Counted from the stretch's first letter, positions 49,030 to 59,930 are shown. The stretch: DNA of 64,000 bases from an uncultured bacterium (GCA_963705505.1 CAVPJU010000010.1:448001-512000), one strand, 5' to 3'. Translations and numbers: made by a program. Notes: generated by a model from the letters alone, not told the origin.

Positions 49030-51573
49030 TCACTCACTCGCCTTATTGTTCCGCTGGCCCTGTTCCATGAGAGCTTTTTCCTCGGCAGGGGTGAGCTTGT
49101 GCGGCTCTAGTTTTACTGTCAGTTTATCAAGATTCCCGGTGAATTTGAATGGCACTTGATAATCCTTGTCGTCCACGGGCGTTCCGGTATCGGCCCCTAC
49201 GTCGAAGGTCTCGTCCCACTGAAGGATGAGCGGGATAGTAGTGCTCCATTTTCTGTGTGTCGACTACCTTGCCGTCAACCTTGAGCACTCCCGGTGCCGC
49301 CCTGCCCGATTCCGCTCATATTATTGAACGCCAGGGTTCCCATACCGAGTCCGTCGTATTTGAAGTCGAACTCAAGAGTATGTTTGCCGGGCGAGAGGGC
49401 TTCCTGACCTTCCCAGCGGGCACGCTTGAGATTAAAGAAATTCCATACGAAGACAGGCTTATTTTTTAGCAGATAGAATCCGAAACCGCGAAACGGCCGC
49501 CTTCGTTAAGTATCACTCCCTCGGCGCCGCCCTTGGGTATCTCGACATCCGCAGTGATTGTGTATGATTTGTCGAGCAAACTTGGAGCGTCGCCATACGG
49601 GATTCCAGTCAGCCCACCGGAGTAGGTAAAGACTGTTCTCCCCGCGGTAATATTGGGCCTAGGGGCGACGAGGCGTGCAGCCACTGTCGCGTCGAGAGGA
49701 AGGACCTCGTACTTCTCAGCCTCCTGCCAGAAGAGCTTCTGCATCTCTTTTAACTTCTCTGGATTCTGTGCCGCCAGGTCGTTATTCTGAGTCCAGTCCT
49801 TGGTGAGGTCGAAGAGCTCCCACTTGTAAGCATTTGCCGGGTCCTGTGTGACCGGCCCGGCTACGTCCCAGGGTGCTCTTGTTGGAACGGTGCTGGCAAT
49901 CCATCCGTCGTGGTAGATCCCATGGACGCCCATCATCTCGAAGTACTGTGTATGGTGAGTCGAGGGCGCGTCAGCATTGGCCTTATCAAAGGTATAGGCC
50001 ATGCTAACGCCTTCTATAGGCTTCTGCTGCTATCCCGTTTACAGTCTCAGGAGCCCTGATGCCCGTGACTTCGAGGATAGTAGGCACGATGTCTATAACA
50101 TGGTGGAACTGGTTACGTATACCGCCTGCATCCGTGATATGGCCGGGCCAGGCGATTGCCATGCCCTGTCGCACACCGCCGAAATAGGAAGGTATCTGCT
50201 TCGTCCATTTAAAAGGCGTGTCGAAAGCCCATGTCCATGCTACAGCCATGTGCGGATATGTCTGGTCAGTGCCCCATACGTCGTAAAAATATTTCAACTG
50301 GTCCTCGACCGGTACGTTTACGCCGTTGAACATAGCAACCTCATTTGGTGTACCGATAGGTGTCCCTTCGGCGCTCGAACCGTTGTCCCCGCTTATATAG
50401 ATTATTAGCGTGTTGTCGAGCTTTCCCATGTCATCGACCGCCTGTATGACACGGCCGATTTCGTGGTCGGTATAGGCGAGGTATGCGGCATAGACCTCCG
50501 CCTGACGTATGAACATCTTTTGCTCGTCCGGAGTAAGAGTATCCCACTCTTTTAGCAGATCTTTCGGCCAGGGCGTGAGCTCCGCGTCCTGAGGGATGAC
50601 ACCCAGCTTCTTCTGATTGGCGAATATCTGATCACGGAGCGCGTTCCAGCCATTGTCGAAAAGGTGCATGTTGTGGATCTTCTCGATCCACTCCTCAGTC
50701 GGATGGTGAGGCGCGTGTGTTCCGCCGGGAACATAATAGACAAGAAACGGCTGAGCGGGATTGATTTCGTTGACCTGATTCATCCATTGAATGGCCTCGT
50801 CAGCCATTGCGGTGGTAAGGTTCCAGCCCGGGGTTGCCGACATAGGGGTATATAGCAGTTGTGTTTCGGAAGAGGTTCGGCTGCCACTGGCTCGTATCCC
50901 CGCCCACAAAACCGTAGAAGTATTGAAAGCCCATTCCTATAGGCCACTGGTCGAAAGGACCCAGCTGGCTCGCCTCGAATGTCGGTGTATTGTGGTCCTT
51001 GCCGAACCAGGACGTGCTGTAGCCGTTCTCTTTTAATATTTCACCAATGGTTGCCGAGTCTTCCGGGATGATGCTGTCGTAGCCCGGAAAGCCCGTCGAT
51101 TGCTCAGATACCACTCCGAAGCCTTCGGAGTGGTGGTTACGGCCCGTGATCAAGGCAGCCCGAGTCGGCGAACAGAGTGAGGTGGAGTGGAAATTAGTAT
51201 AGCGGAGCCCCATCTTCGCAATGCGGTCAAGAGCAGGGGTAGGTATCACGCCCCCGAATGTGCTCGGGGCGGCGAATCCGACGTCGTCCGTCATGATGAG
51301 CAGTATGTTCGGTGCGCCCTTGGGCGGCACGATTCGCGGCGGCCACCAGGGCTTGGACTGTGAAGCGTTCTCCTTAATCACACCGCCGAACGGCAGCGGA
51401 GGCGCCGGGAGCTCCTTTCCATCTATAGTGCGGGTCGCGTCGGGCGAACCCGGCACGCCGGTTATATCCTGGGCCATGACAGATACGGTTGCGGAATGAA
51501 CTCCGAGGGCCGATAAAATGAGAGCTGCGGCCAAGCTAACAAATACAGAGCTATATATAAATAATCTCGACAT
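49030..51573 (-). pseudogene. Arylsulfatase with about 5 frameshifts (~50830, ~50030, ~49490, ~49291, ~49240); may be assembly errors
   Basis: PNILLIMTDDVG, CSPTRAALITGR, GKDH, HAPHH, SGDNG; the fragments are colinear with the intact paralog. Confidence 0.8.
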
Positions 51574-51610
51574 ATTGACCTCCCTTAAGAACAATCAAGC
51601 AACCTATTGA

Positions 51611-51646
51611 AGCCGGAGCTTGTATATGAATTTGCATGCTCCGGCT
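51611..51646. terminator. Intergenic hairpin between the two sulfatase genes
   Basis: AGCCGGAGC...GCTCCGGCT; weak U-tract. Confidence 0.45.
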
Positions 51647-51664
51647 GATTGTGTATGCCATAAT

Positions 51665-54139
51665 TTACTTGCTTTTCCGCATTGGTGCCGGTGGTTCGAG
51701 CTTGACAGTCAGCTTGTCGATCTTGCCGGTGAACTTGAACGGAACATCGTAGCGATACTCCAGCAGAGCGACGCCGGTGCGCGTGTCCTGGCCGATGTCG
51801 AAGGTTTCGTCCTCCGGGAACGTGATCGGTGTGGCGTGTTCCATGGAATTTTTGGCCACTTCCTTGCCGTCCACGGAGAGCACGCCCGTCCCTCCCTTGC
51901 CCAGACCTGGACCATCGGACTTGAAGTCGAAGACAATGGTGTGCTTGCCGGCGCCCAATTCAGGCCCTTCCCACGTTGTGCGCTTGAGGTCGAGCAGGTT
52001 GTAGAGGAATACCACCTTGCCCCGACCAACTCCGAGCTCGCCCTTACTCAGGAAAAGTCCATAGCCGCCGAAGCGCCCGCCCTCGGTGACGATCATGCCT
52101 TCTGCCCCGCCCTCGGGTATCTCGACCTCGGCAGTGATGGTGTACGACTTATTGAGAATGTTTGGCGCACCGCTCGCCGGCACGCCGGTCAGTACTCCCG
52201 AGTAGGTGAAGACCTTGCGTCCCGCCGTCAGGTTCGGGCGCGGCGTGTTCCAGCGCGCGAGCGACGAGTTGTCGAGCGGCAGGACATCATGCTTCTGCGC
52301 CTCGGCATAGAACAGGTCCTTCATCTCCTTGAGCTTTTCCGGCATCTCGGCGGCCAGGTCGTTGGACTCAGCGGGGTCCTCTTGGACGTTATAAAGCTCC
52401 CATTTGTAGCCGTTGATCACATCAGGAGGCGTAGCCGTGTTCAGCTCCCAGGGAAGCGTTGCTGGCGTCGTGGCTGCCACCCATCCGTCGTGATAGATGG
52501 CGCGATTGCCGAGCATCTCGAAATATTGCGTCGTGCGCCGAGACGGCGCATTGGCGTTCGCCTTGTCCCACGTATACGTCATGCTCACGCCGTCCATCGG
52601 ACGCTGCTCGATGCCGTTGATCATCTCGGGTTGTGGAATGCCGGTCGCTTCAAGGATCGTCGGGGCAATGTCGATGACGTGGTGGAACTGACGGCGGATA
52701 CCGCCCACGTCGTTGATGTGGCCGGGCCAGGACATGGCCACGCCCTGGGCCGTCCCGCCGAAGTGCGACGCGACCTGCTTCACCCACTTGAACGGGGTGT
52801 CCATCGCCCACGCCCATTCTGCCGCAAAATGCGGGAAGGTCCGGTCCGATCCCCAGAACTCGTACCAGAGAAACTGGTCCTTGACCGGCACGGAAATGCC
52901 GTTGAAGGTGGTGAACTCGTTCGGTGTACCGTTGAGCATACCTTCGGCGCTGGCACCGTTATCCCCGCTTATATAGATTATGAGCGTGTTGTCGAGCTCG
53001 CCGAGGTCTTCGACGGCCTGGATGACCCGACCGATCTCATGGTCGGTGTATGCGAGGTAAGCCCCATAAATATCCGCCTGCTTGATGAATAGCTTCTTCT
53101 CGTCCAAACTGAGGGAGTCCCACTCCGGCAATTCCTTCGGCCAGGCCGTCAGCTTGGCATTTTCAGGCATGATGCCAAGCCGCTTCTGATTGGCGAAGAT
53201 CGTCTCGCGCAACTTGTTCCAGCCGTCGTCGAAGAGATGCATGTCGCTGATCTTCTTGATCCACTCCGGCGTCGGATTATGCGGCGCGTGGGTGCCGCCG
53301 GGTACGTAATAGACAAAGAACGGTTTGTCGGGCGCGATCTCCTTCAGTTGTTTCATGTACTGGATGGCCTCGTCGGCCATCGCTGTTGTGAGATTCCAGC
53401 CGGGATTGCCCTGGAAGGGATAGATCGCGGACGTATTGCGAAAGAGGTTCGGTTCCCACTGGCTGGTGTCGCCGCCGACAAAGCCGTAGAAATACTCGAA
53501 GCCCATTCCAATCGGCCACTGGTCGAACGGCCCAGCCTGGGTCGCCTGATAGGAGGGCGTGTTGTGGTCCTTGCCGAACCACGAGGTCGCGTACCCGTTC
53601 TCCTTTAGAATGGTGCCAATGGTGCCGTTCGCTTTCAAAATGATCGAGTCGTAGCCCGGATACCCCGTGGCAATTTCCGCCACGACCCCAAAGCCGGCGA
53701 CGTGGTGATTGCGACCCGTGATCAAGGCAGCTCGCGTCGGTGAGCACAACGACGTGGAGTGGAAATTAGTATAGCGGAGTCCCGCCTTAGCAATGCGGTC
53801 AAGAGCAGGGGTGGGGATCACGCCCCCGAATGTGCTCGGGGCGGCGAAGCCGACGTCGTCAGTCATGATGAGCAATATGTTCGGTGCGCCCTTCGGCGGT
53901 ACGACGCGCGGGGCCCACCAGGGCGTCGACTCCGAGGCCCTCTCCTTGATCACCCCGCCGAATTTCGGATCGGGTGGCGGAAGTTGTTTTCCGCTGATAG
54001 TGGTGGTGGCGCTGGGCGAACCCAACTCGCCGGTTATTTCCTGTGCTATGACAGATACGGCTGAGGATAGAATGAACGTCGTGATGATTAAATAGGAAAA
54101 TCCACGGATTAAATTCAAAAACCTGAAGTAAATTTTCAT
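51665..54139 (-). CDS. Arylsulfatase (formylglycine-dependent, Cys-type), exported
   Basis: Signal peptide; TDDVG, CSPTRAALITGR, GKDH, HAPH, SGDNG. Confidence 0.95.
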   Translation of the reverse strand: MKIYFRFLNLIRGFSYLIITTFILSSAVSVIAQEITGELGSPSATTTISGKQLPPPDPKFGGVIKERASESTPWWAPRVVPPKGAPNILLIMTDDVGFAAPSTFGGVIPTPALDRIAKAGLRYTNFHSTSLCSPTRAALITGRNHHVAGFGVVAEIATGYPGYDSIILKANGTIGTILKENGYATSWFGKDHNTPSYQATQAGPFDQWPIGMGFEYFYGFVGGDTSQWEPNLFRNTSAIYPFQGNPGWNLTTAMADEAIQYMKQLKEIAPDKPFFVYYVPGGTHAPHNPTPEWIKKISDMHLFDDGWNKLRETIFANQKRLGIMPENAKLTAWPKELPEWDSLSLDEKKLFIKQADIYGAYLAYTDHEIGRVIQAVEDLGELDNTLIIYISGDNGASAEGMLNGTPNEFTTFNGISVPVKDQFLWYEFWGSDRTFPHFAAEWAWAMDTPFKWVKQVASHFGGTAQGVAMSWPGHINDVGGIRRQFHHVIDIAPTILEATGIPQPEMINGIEQRPMDGVSMTYTWDKANANAPSRRTTQYFEMLGNRAIYHDGWVAATTPATLPWELNTATPPDVINGYKWELYNVQEDPAESNDLAAEMPEKLKEMKDLFYAEAQKHDVLPLDNSSLARWNTPRPNLTAGRKVFTYSGVLTGVPASGAPNILNKSYTITAEVEIPEGGAEGMIVTEGGRFGGYGLFLSKGELGVGRGKVVFLYNLLDLKRTTWEGPELGAGKHTIVFDFKSDGPGLGKGGTGVLSVDGKEVAKNSMEHATPITFPEDETFDIGQDTRTGVALLEYRYDVPFKFTGKIDKLTVKLEPPAPMRKSK

Positions 54140-54476
54140 ATCTCCCCCTGTGGCGTTACATTGTACAAAATACCAATAACGGTCAGGTCATATATGGATT
54201 GCCGACCTGACCTTTTGGAACTGCAGGCTATTCCCCATGACCGGATCATGGGGAATAAAGGTATGGGCATCATAAATATCATACGACTTTTCACCTGCAA
54301 TAACGAATTGATCTTCATATATTTTATTAATTTTTCGCAATCACAGCCAGCAGATTCACAAATTCACGACGAGCGTTATCTTCTCGGGCAGGTCATGACT
54401 CGTAAACAATAAAACCAGACGTCAGGCATAGGCTGCCGCTTTTACAATTCCTAAAAATAATTCACTACCTAGCCGC

Positions 54477-55112
54477 TCATTGCGGCGGTTGGACCACGAT
54501 ATACGTAACTCCGTCCCCCTGGGTTACGGGCTGATAATATGTCGTACCTACCTGATAATACGTCGTGCTGCCCACCACAACCGGGGTCGCCTGAGCCGAC
54601 ATAGCACTGAACTGAGAGGCGGTAATTGCAGTGCCAATAACAGCCCCAGTTACAGCCCCCGCCGCGAATGCGCCGGCAGTGGAAGGGGGAGGATAATAGG
54701 CACCTGGGGGATGGTAATAATCCCCATAGCCGGGCGGATGGTAATAGTCCCCGTATCCATTCGCCGGATGATAATCGTCATAATTGGAGGCGTAGTTCTG
54801 TCTGCTTTGCTGCTGTTGCTGCCCGTAGTTCTGCCTGCTTTGCTGCTGTTGCTGCCCATAGCTCTGTCTGTTTTGTTGTTGCTGTTCCCCGTAGCTTTGG
54901 TGGCTTGACTGCATTGATTCCGCAGAAGACTGCCGACTCGATTGCATACTTGAGCGATTGGATTGCCAATTCCCGCTGCTAGCGTCACTGCTCCGGGAAA
55001 AACCGCCGCCGTCACCCCCAAACCCCCTTGCATAAACCTGTGCAGCTACGAATATGCATAACAAAATCAGAACACTTGATGCTGTCCAGTGTTTCCATCT
55101 ACTTTGTCTCAT
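54477..55112 (-). CDS. Secreted Ser/Gln/Gly-rich repeat protein with C-terminal YY..GTTYY domain
   Basis: Signal peptide; SRQNYGQQQQQ and YGDYYHPPG repeats; hydrophobic GAVTGAVIG. Confidence 0.75.
   Translation of the reverse strand: MRQSRWKHWTASSVLILLCIFVAAQVYARGFGGDGGGFSRSSDASSGNWQSNRSSMQSSRQSSAESMQSSHQSYGEQQQQNRQSYGQQQQQSRQNYGQQQQQSRQNYASNYDDYHPANGYGDYYHPPGYGDYYHPPGAYYPPPSTAGAFAAGAVTGAVIGTAITASQFSAMSAQATPVVVGSTTYYQVGTTYYQPVTQGDGVTYIVVQPPQ
54700..54900. repeat. Coding tandem repeats (33-bp and 27-bp units)
   Basis: CTGCTTTGCTGCTGTTGCTGCCC units with a 33-bp period; GGATGGTAATA.TCCCC units with a 27-bp period. Confidence 0.75.
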
Positions 55113-55114
55113 GG

Positions 55115-55918
55115 TTATTTCGCTCCATTCGTTTCAGATGCGCCGGGCTGCAACATTTGTTGGGCGGCAAATGCGATTTTTACCGCTCCCTTGGGCGGTG
55201 TAACACTGAATAATTTGTCGGACACCTTCGGTTTCAGGTTCCAGTCGCTGAATTGAGCCCAAAACTGAGGCCTTCCATCGAGCTTTTTGTAGGTTATGAC
55301 TACGCGCTGAGGTAATGGTTGAGCGCCTTGCGCGACCCATAACTGCATATCCGCATCCGCCCCACGCAGAGCGATTTGGTCACAGGGAACGCCCGCAATA
55401 GATGATTGCTCGACATAGGCTGCGGAACGGACCTGCGACGGCAAATTAGCAGCCATCTGGCGGTCAATCAACTGTGAGAGAGGCAGACGCATGCCGAGAT
55501 CATTGACAAAATACGAAACGGCATCGTCCAGTGTGCCGGGTCTGTCCGCCACAGCGTAGACGTTATCTTTAGCATAATAGATCATTATAGTTTTGCCGTC
55601 GAACACTAATTCGCTCGTCGATCCGTTACGTTTGGTCTCTTCGACTCGGAGATGGTCGGGGCGGTCGAGCAATATCTTGCGGGTTTCTCCAAATTCAATC
55701 TTCTGGCCGTCGTCCTGCACTGCATCGAATCCTATGTCGACGGAAACACTGAAACGCTGGGCCTGCGAAAGGAAATCGACCATCCGTTTCGCCACAGCCA
55801 TCGCCTGTTCATTACTTTTATTCAGATCAGTGGGGCTAGCATCCTGAGCACTGACGCGTCCCCCCGCCAATAATAGCGCAAGAGCCCAAGCAAATGCCAC
55901 CAAAGAAACTCGCTTCAT
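55115..55918 (-). CDS. DUF2092 periplasmic protein
   Basis: M..FL....FSV, GQKIEF......RPD.LRVE, FDGKT, D.QLW.AQG..PLP....ITY, PQF...F..WN. Confidence 0.88.
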   Translation of the reverse strand: MKRVSLVAFAWALALLLAGGRVSAQDASPTDLNKSNEQAMAVAKRMVDFLSQAQRFSVSVDIGFDAVQDDGQKIEFGETRKILLDRPDHLRVEETKRNGSTSELVFDGKTIMIYYAKDNVYAVADRPGTLDDAVSYFVNDLGMRLPLSQLIDRQMAANLPSQVRSAAYVEQSSIAGVPCDQIALRGADADMQLWVAQGAQPLPQRVVITYKKLDGRPQFWAQFSDWNLKPKVSDKLFSVTPPKGAVKIAFAAQQMLQPGASETNGAK

Positions 55919-56037
55919 TGTAAGCCTCCTAATTTCTGTAATTCATTCTGACGACACGATAAATCTAGTTACACTGTACGCAAAGAAAAACCAGCGAAGC
56001 GCATTAACTTAAGTTGCAGGGAAGGCCAATCCCGATA

Positions 56038-56430
56038 TCAGTATCCCGTTGCCTCCGCGATTGTGGCCTTGCACTCCGGAGAAAGGAGGGCCATATTTGC
56101 CTTGAGACATGCAGCAATCCTGCCGCCGCCAGGCTGAATACCGGGACAGAACCACAATATATCGTCCTGACAGGCCTGATTAACCTCGGCTAACTGTGTC
56201 GCTACCTCCAAAATCCTGACCTTACAATCCGGCGATAGCGATTCTTTGTTTTGTTTAAGGCATTGAACTACCCTGCCTTGCCCGGGTTGAACCGTGCTGC
56301 AGAATGTCTGCACATCACCCGCGCAGGCACCTGTTCCTTGGGCACTCGCATTTATACCGCCCGATAAAGAAACGCAAAGTATTACTGCTACGACGAATAC
56401 AAGCACTAAAACTGATCTCACGATCTTCAT
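56038..56430 (-). CDS. Secreted protein with two cysteine-rich GLG1-like repeats
   Basis: AC..D...FC..VQPG.GR...CLK.N...LSP.C occurs twice. Confidence 0.85.
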   Translation of the reverse strand: MKIVRSVLVLVFVVAVILCVSLSGGINASAQGTGACAGDVQTFCSTVQPGQGRVVQCLKQNKESLSPDCKVRILEVATQLAEVNQACQDDILWFCPGIQPGGGRIAACLKANMALLSPECKATIAEATGY

Positions 56431-56521
56431 TGCAGTCTCCTCTAGCTATCATTAGTTTTTTTTCATGTATTTTCTATCGATGCACTAAAAACTTTCTATA
56501 TCATGCCGAGAGCCAGCTAAG

Positions 56522-57082
56522 TTAGTAGACTCCGGGACCACGGGCACCGACACCGACACCGTGGAAGCCGGCCCCAACACCGCCGCCGACCCCGATCCAA
56601 TCGATAAACAGCGCGGTTGCGCCGCCCGAGGCGGGCATCTTGCCGTTTATTACCTTGTAGTTGTAAACGAGGTCCGCGCCGTCGACAACCGGGTTGGAGA
56701 TCTCGACTACGGCAACCGTATTGTCAGGTTGTCCCGGCTCATAGACGGATAGCGTGGCATTCGGCGGGTCCGCGTGAAAATTGTCCTTTCCGGCTTTCGC
56801 TGTCCATTCCTTGAGATAGTCGGCCATCTTGAGATGCCCGGCGATACGCTGCGGCCGATCCGAGAAGTACAAAGTCTGCTGGTCTACTTTCACAAGGCGC
56901 AGAGTATTCGCTGCTGGGTCCACTTTGAGATCTTCGGCAATCTGCACGAACATGAACTGGGGCGCTTCCGAAGTAGTGGTCGAAGTCTTGGCAGACGCCG
57001 CTATTGACAGCACTAATACCACAAAGAAAAATGCTAGTACAGTGTGGTTCAAGCGCTTATAGAATTCATTAAAGACTTTCAT
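56522..57082 (-). CDS. Secreted hypothetical protein with Gly-rich C-terminus
   Basis: Signal peptide; FMFVQ.A, TLYFSDRP.RIAG, F..DPPNATLS, LFID; AGGAG SD. Confidence 0.8.
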   Translation of the reverse strand: MKVFNEFYKRLNHTVLAFFFVVLVLSIAASAKTSTTTSEAPQFMFVQIAEDLKVDPAANTLRLVKVDQQTLYFSDRPQRIAGHLKMADYLKEWTAKAGKDNFHADPPNATLSVYEPGQPDNTVAVVEISNPVVDGADLVYNYKVINGKMPASGGATALFIDWIGVGGGVGAGFHGVGVGARGPGVY

Positions 57083-57261
57083 CGCTAGTTTTCTCCTTTC
57101 TTGCTCCCTGTCTCAAGAACAGGAAGGTTATTTGTAATCAATACCGACTTTACTGATGATGAAACTCTCAAACAGTCCGTACTTAATCGAAAAAGATCAA
57201 TAAACAAGAGTGTATTATGAGTACCGCAAGTTCTATGCATGGCATGTGCTAAACAAAATTT

Positions 57262-57392
57262 GGTTCAAAACACGCAACCTATTGATAAAATTCAGCAATC
57301 AATGATCAACCAATATCAACAATTTTATAGCTTATACCCCACAATTTCGATTATAATCAATTCGAATCTCTGTGTCTATCCGAATATTGCAA
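57262..57392 (-). promoter_or_regulatory. Putative AraC/XylS-type binding sites
   Basis: TTGCAATATTCGGATA (57377-57392, minus strand) fits XylS TGCA-N6-GGNTA; two weaker TTGC half-sites 21 bp apart, ending at 57277 and 57298. Confidence 0.5.
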
Positions 57393-57443
57393 TATGATTA
57401 AATATATGAAAAATGTTAGTAGTAGGAGGTAATCAGGTAGGCA

Positions 57444-58427
57444 ATGAAAGCTGTAGAACCCCGGTTTTTTTCTTGCGGATCTGTTACGCGGCTGGAAACT
57501 CATGATATCGATGAGCTGGCGCAGTATATGAAACATGCCGACATCGAGCTTATACAGATTGGCCGAGCTCAATCTCCTTCAAGCCTCACACAAGTCTCCT
57601 TCGATAATATAAACCTGCAGGTAGGACACTACGGAGCCGCATACATCTCGAACGCCACAACCGATAAGGTGAGGAGCGGCATGGTTTATAAGATTAACAG
57701 GGATTATCCCACAACCTGTAACGGTTATGAGATCGACAGCGCCTCATTCATGTTTTATGGAAAAAACTCAGAGCATATAGCTATAAACAATGGAATCTGC
57801 AGATGGATATACATATCGTTCAAGCCCGATTATCTAGAGGAGTCTCTTATCGAACCGCTCTGCGCAAAATTGGATACAAGGAGAAGCATATCTTCATGCC
57901 TAAGATGTCAGGAACAGGCATCTCTTGATGCGTTGTACGATTCCGTAAATGAAATTGCCGAGTTAGCAAATATAAATCCCCGGATATTTCAGGACACGAA
58001 TATCATCAAGGGAATGGAGTGGTCTCTCCTCGATTCGCAAATACTGGTCCTGAGCAACACTTTAAATTCTCCCGGGAAGGGTATAGATAGAAGTAAAAGA
58101 TCCCGCGAGTCTATCATAAAACAATCGATCGATTTCCTTAAGGCCAATTCATATGAACCTATCCATGTGCTCGACCTCTGTAGCGCGCTGAATGTGGGAC
58201 TGAGGTCTCTATATTACGCTTTTCAGGAATTTTACGGCATCAGTCCTATCCGGTACCTACGGCTGCTGAGGTATTCAAAAGCCAGGATAGATCTGTTAAA
58301 AGCGGACCCTAAACGAACAACGGTGACCGATATCGCCGCCAAATGGCGCTTTTGGCACTTCGGGAGGTTCTCCATCGAATATAAGAGTCTTTATAGTGAG
58401 TCGCCTTCTGAGACTTTGAATAAATGA
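57444..58427 (+). CDS. AraC-family transcriptional regulator (EutR-like)
   Basis: LC.ALNV..RSL.YAFQE.YG.SP..YLR..R; TVTDIA..W.F.H.GRFS..YK..Y.ESPS.TL. Confidence 0.93.
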   Translation: MKAVEPRFFSCGSVTRLETHDIDELAQYMKHADIELIQIGRAQSPSSLTQVSFDNINLQVGHYGAAYISNATTDKVRSGMVYKINRDYPTTCNGYEIDSASFMFYGKNSEHIAINNGICRWIYISFKPDYLEESLIEPLCAKLDTRRSISSCLRCQEQASLDALYDSVNEIAELANINPRIFQDTNIIKGMEWSLLDSQILVLSNTLNSPGKGIDRSKRSRESIIKQSIDFLKANSYEPIHVLDLCSALNVGLRSLYYAFQEFYGISPIRYLRLLRYSKARIDLLKADPKRTTVTDIAAKWRFWHFGRFSIEYKSLYSESPSETLNK

Positions 58428-59876
58428 TTATTTCTTGACCAGCGTAACTGGCGGCGGACTCCACTTCCCGTCGAGCGCCTCTTTCTTCGGCCAGTAGAGC
58501 CTCATTACCATATAAAACCGGCCGTCTGGCGCAGGAAGCCAGTTGGACTCCTTATCTTTACCGGGCGAGTCTTTCTGCACATAGATCGTGAGCGATCCGT
58601 CCGGGTTCTTTTTCAGCTCAGGGAGCATAGGCGAATTTATGAGATATCGCTTAATCGGATTTGCAACGAGGAGCTGTGTCTTGCCGTTATACATCGTAAC
58701 GGACCAGAAGGCATTTACAGGGGGCAATTCGCCTGCAGGAAAGGTTATCGTGTAGCTCGATTTGTTCCCGTCAAGCTTGGCGCCCGTGCCGTCGGTGTAT
58801 GCGATAGGGTACAGAGCCTCGACCGCATCGTTGCCGTAAATCCCTGCCATCGCCGCAGCCGCTCTCAAGGTCCAGTTACCCTTATAAAATTTTCGGTCGC
58901 CGAATGCTCTCGTAATCCGCCACCCGTTCACACCTTTACCGAGTGTAAGCCGCTTTTGCTTAATATGATCGTATCCCTCCTTGATTCCGAGCGCGATTGC
59001 AGCCCTGTCCTCCACTGAAAGCTTGTCCGGTTCAAAAGGCTTTCCCGGCTCGATTCCTATCTGTGCGAATACCGCACGGAGCGGCTTTTCCTGGGGTATC
59101 GGGGGGCAGAACTGAAAGAGAAAATTAAGATAGCCGAAGGGATCGGTCTCGAACGCCTGCTTCTTCGTGAATTTCAGGAAATCGATCTTTGGCGGCTCGG
59201 GAGGAGCGGGCTTTTTCGTGAACTCCGAGAGAGTGTAAACTTTATAACCCGCCTGTATCTTCTTTACGTTATCTATGTCTCCGGGATTAAAGAGCTGTGT
59301 ACGGTAAATCGCAAAGCCAAAATCCGTCTCTACCGGGAAGACTTTCGCGACGCCCGCGGGCGTTTCGCCCTTCCAATTCGGTCCCGAGACCATGTAGCAC
59401 CCCGCGCCGTTCCCCGTCGCGCGGCTTCCTATGTAACCGATATTGTATGTGTACATATCAACCAGCTGAACGGAGTAATAGCGGCCTTTCTCCACTTCCG
59501 GCACACAGAGGACTATGGGCTCCGCACGGAGGTCCATGCCCACGAAGGAGTACGGTGTGTCGCTGTTAGGTGTGATCACCGCCGTGTCCTCGGGCGTGTA
59601 CACTCGCGCGGTGTTATAAATCTGGTTGAAGGGGGCTTTATATTGAGACGAAGACCGGTCGACAGCATATTCGTACATCGTCCCATAGTTCATGATCATA
59701 GGGAAGCCGTATATGTATGCTCCTTCCGCGACCTGTTTTGTCTCTATGGCACCGGGCTCTTTAGCCCCGGCTGTGAAGGATGTGACGGAAATACCCGATA
59801 AAAGGATCAAAGGTATGGATAATACCGCAGCAAATATAATGACTCCTCGAATCGGATTCCTATTAATAATTCTCAT
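58428..59876 (-). CDS. DUF1254/DUF1214 domain protein
   Basis: AYIYGFP, TPNSDTPYS, DL..EP, RYYS.Q, EA.YP, PPVNAFWSVTMY, NWLPAP..F...MRLYWP. Confidence 0.92.
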   Translation of the reverse strand: MRIINRNPIRGVIIFAAVLSIPLILLSGISVTSFTAGAKEPGAIETKQVAEGAYIYGFPMIMNYGTMYEYAVDRSSSQYKAPFNQIYNTARVYTPEDTAVITPNSDTPYSFVGMDLRAEPIVLCVPEVEKGRYYSVQLVDMYTYNIGYIGSRATGNGAGCYMVSGPNWKGETPAGVAKVFPVETDFGFAIYRTQLFNPGDIDNVKKIQAGYKVYTLSEFTKKPAPPEPPKIDFLKFTKKQAFETDPFGYLNFLFQFCPPIPQEKPLRAVFAQIGIEPGKPFEPDKLSVEDRAAIALGIKEGYDHIKQKRLTLGKGVNGWRITRAFGDRKFYKGNWTLRAAAAMAGIYGNDAVEALYPIAYTDGTGAKLDGNKSSYTITFPAGELPPVNAFWSVTMYNGKTQLLVANPIKRYLINSPMLPELKKNPDGSLTIYVQKDSPGKDKESNWLPAPDGRFYMVMRLYWPKKEALDGKWSPPPVTLVKK

Positions 59877-59930
59877 AAACTCCTCCGAACTCCTTGATGT
59901 GCTGCCCAAAGTTTACGTCACATTAGAGAG

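Noticed and set aside
51620..53092. 490-aa plus-strand ORF opposite the sulfatase, and similar long antisense ORFs (45325..46374, 60153..61031, 34547..35392)
   Set aside because: They are shadow frames of well-supported genes with GC-rich third positions and have no recognisable motifs.
54136..54318. 60-aa ORF overlapping the sulfatase start
   Set aside because: It has no SD or motif and lies in the likely promoter region, just downstream of an AraC-type box.
54700..54900. CRISPR-like periodic repeats
   Set aside because: The units are contiguous, in frame and within a CDS, with no unique spacers and no cas genes.
57225..57255. Possible sigma54 promoter in the AraC divergent region
   Set aside because: No TGGC-N9-GC arrangement with correct spacing on either strand.
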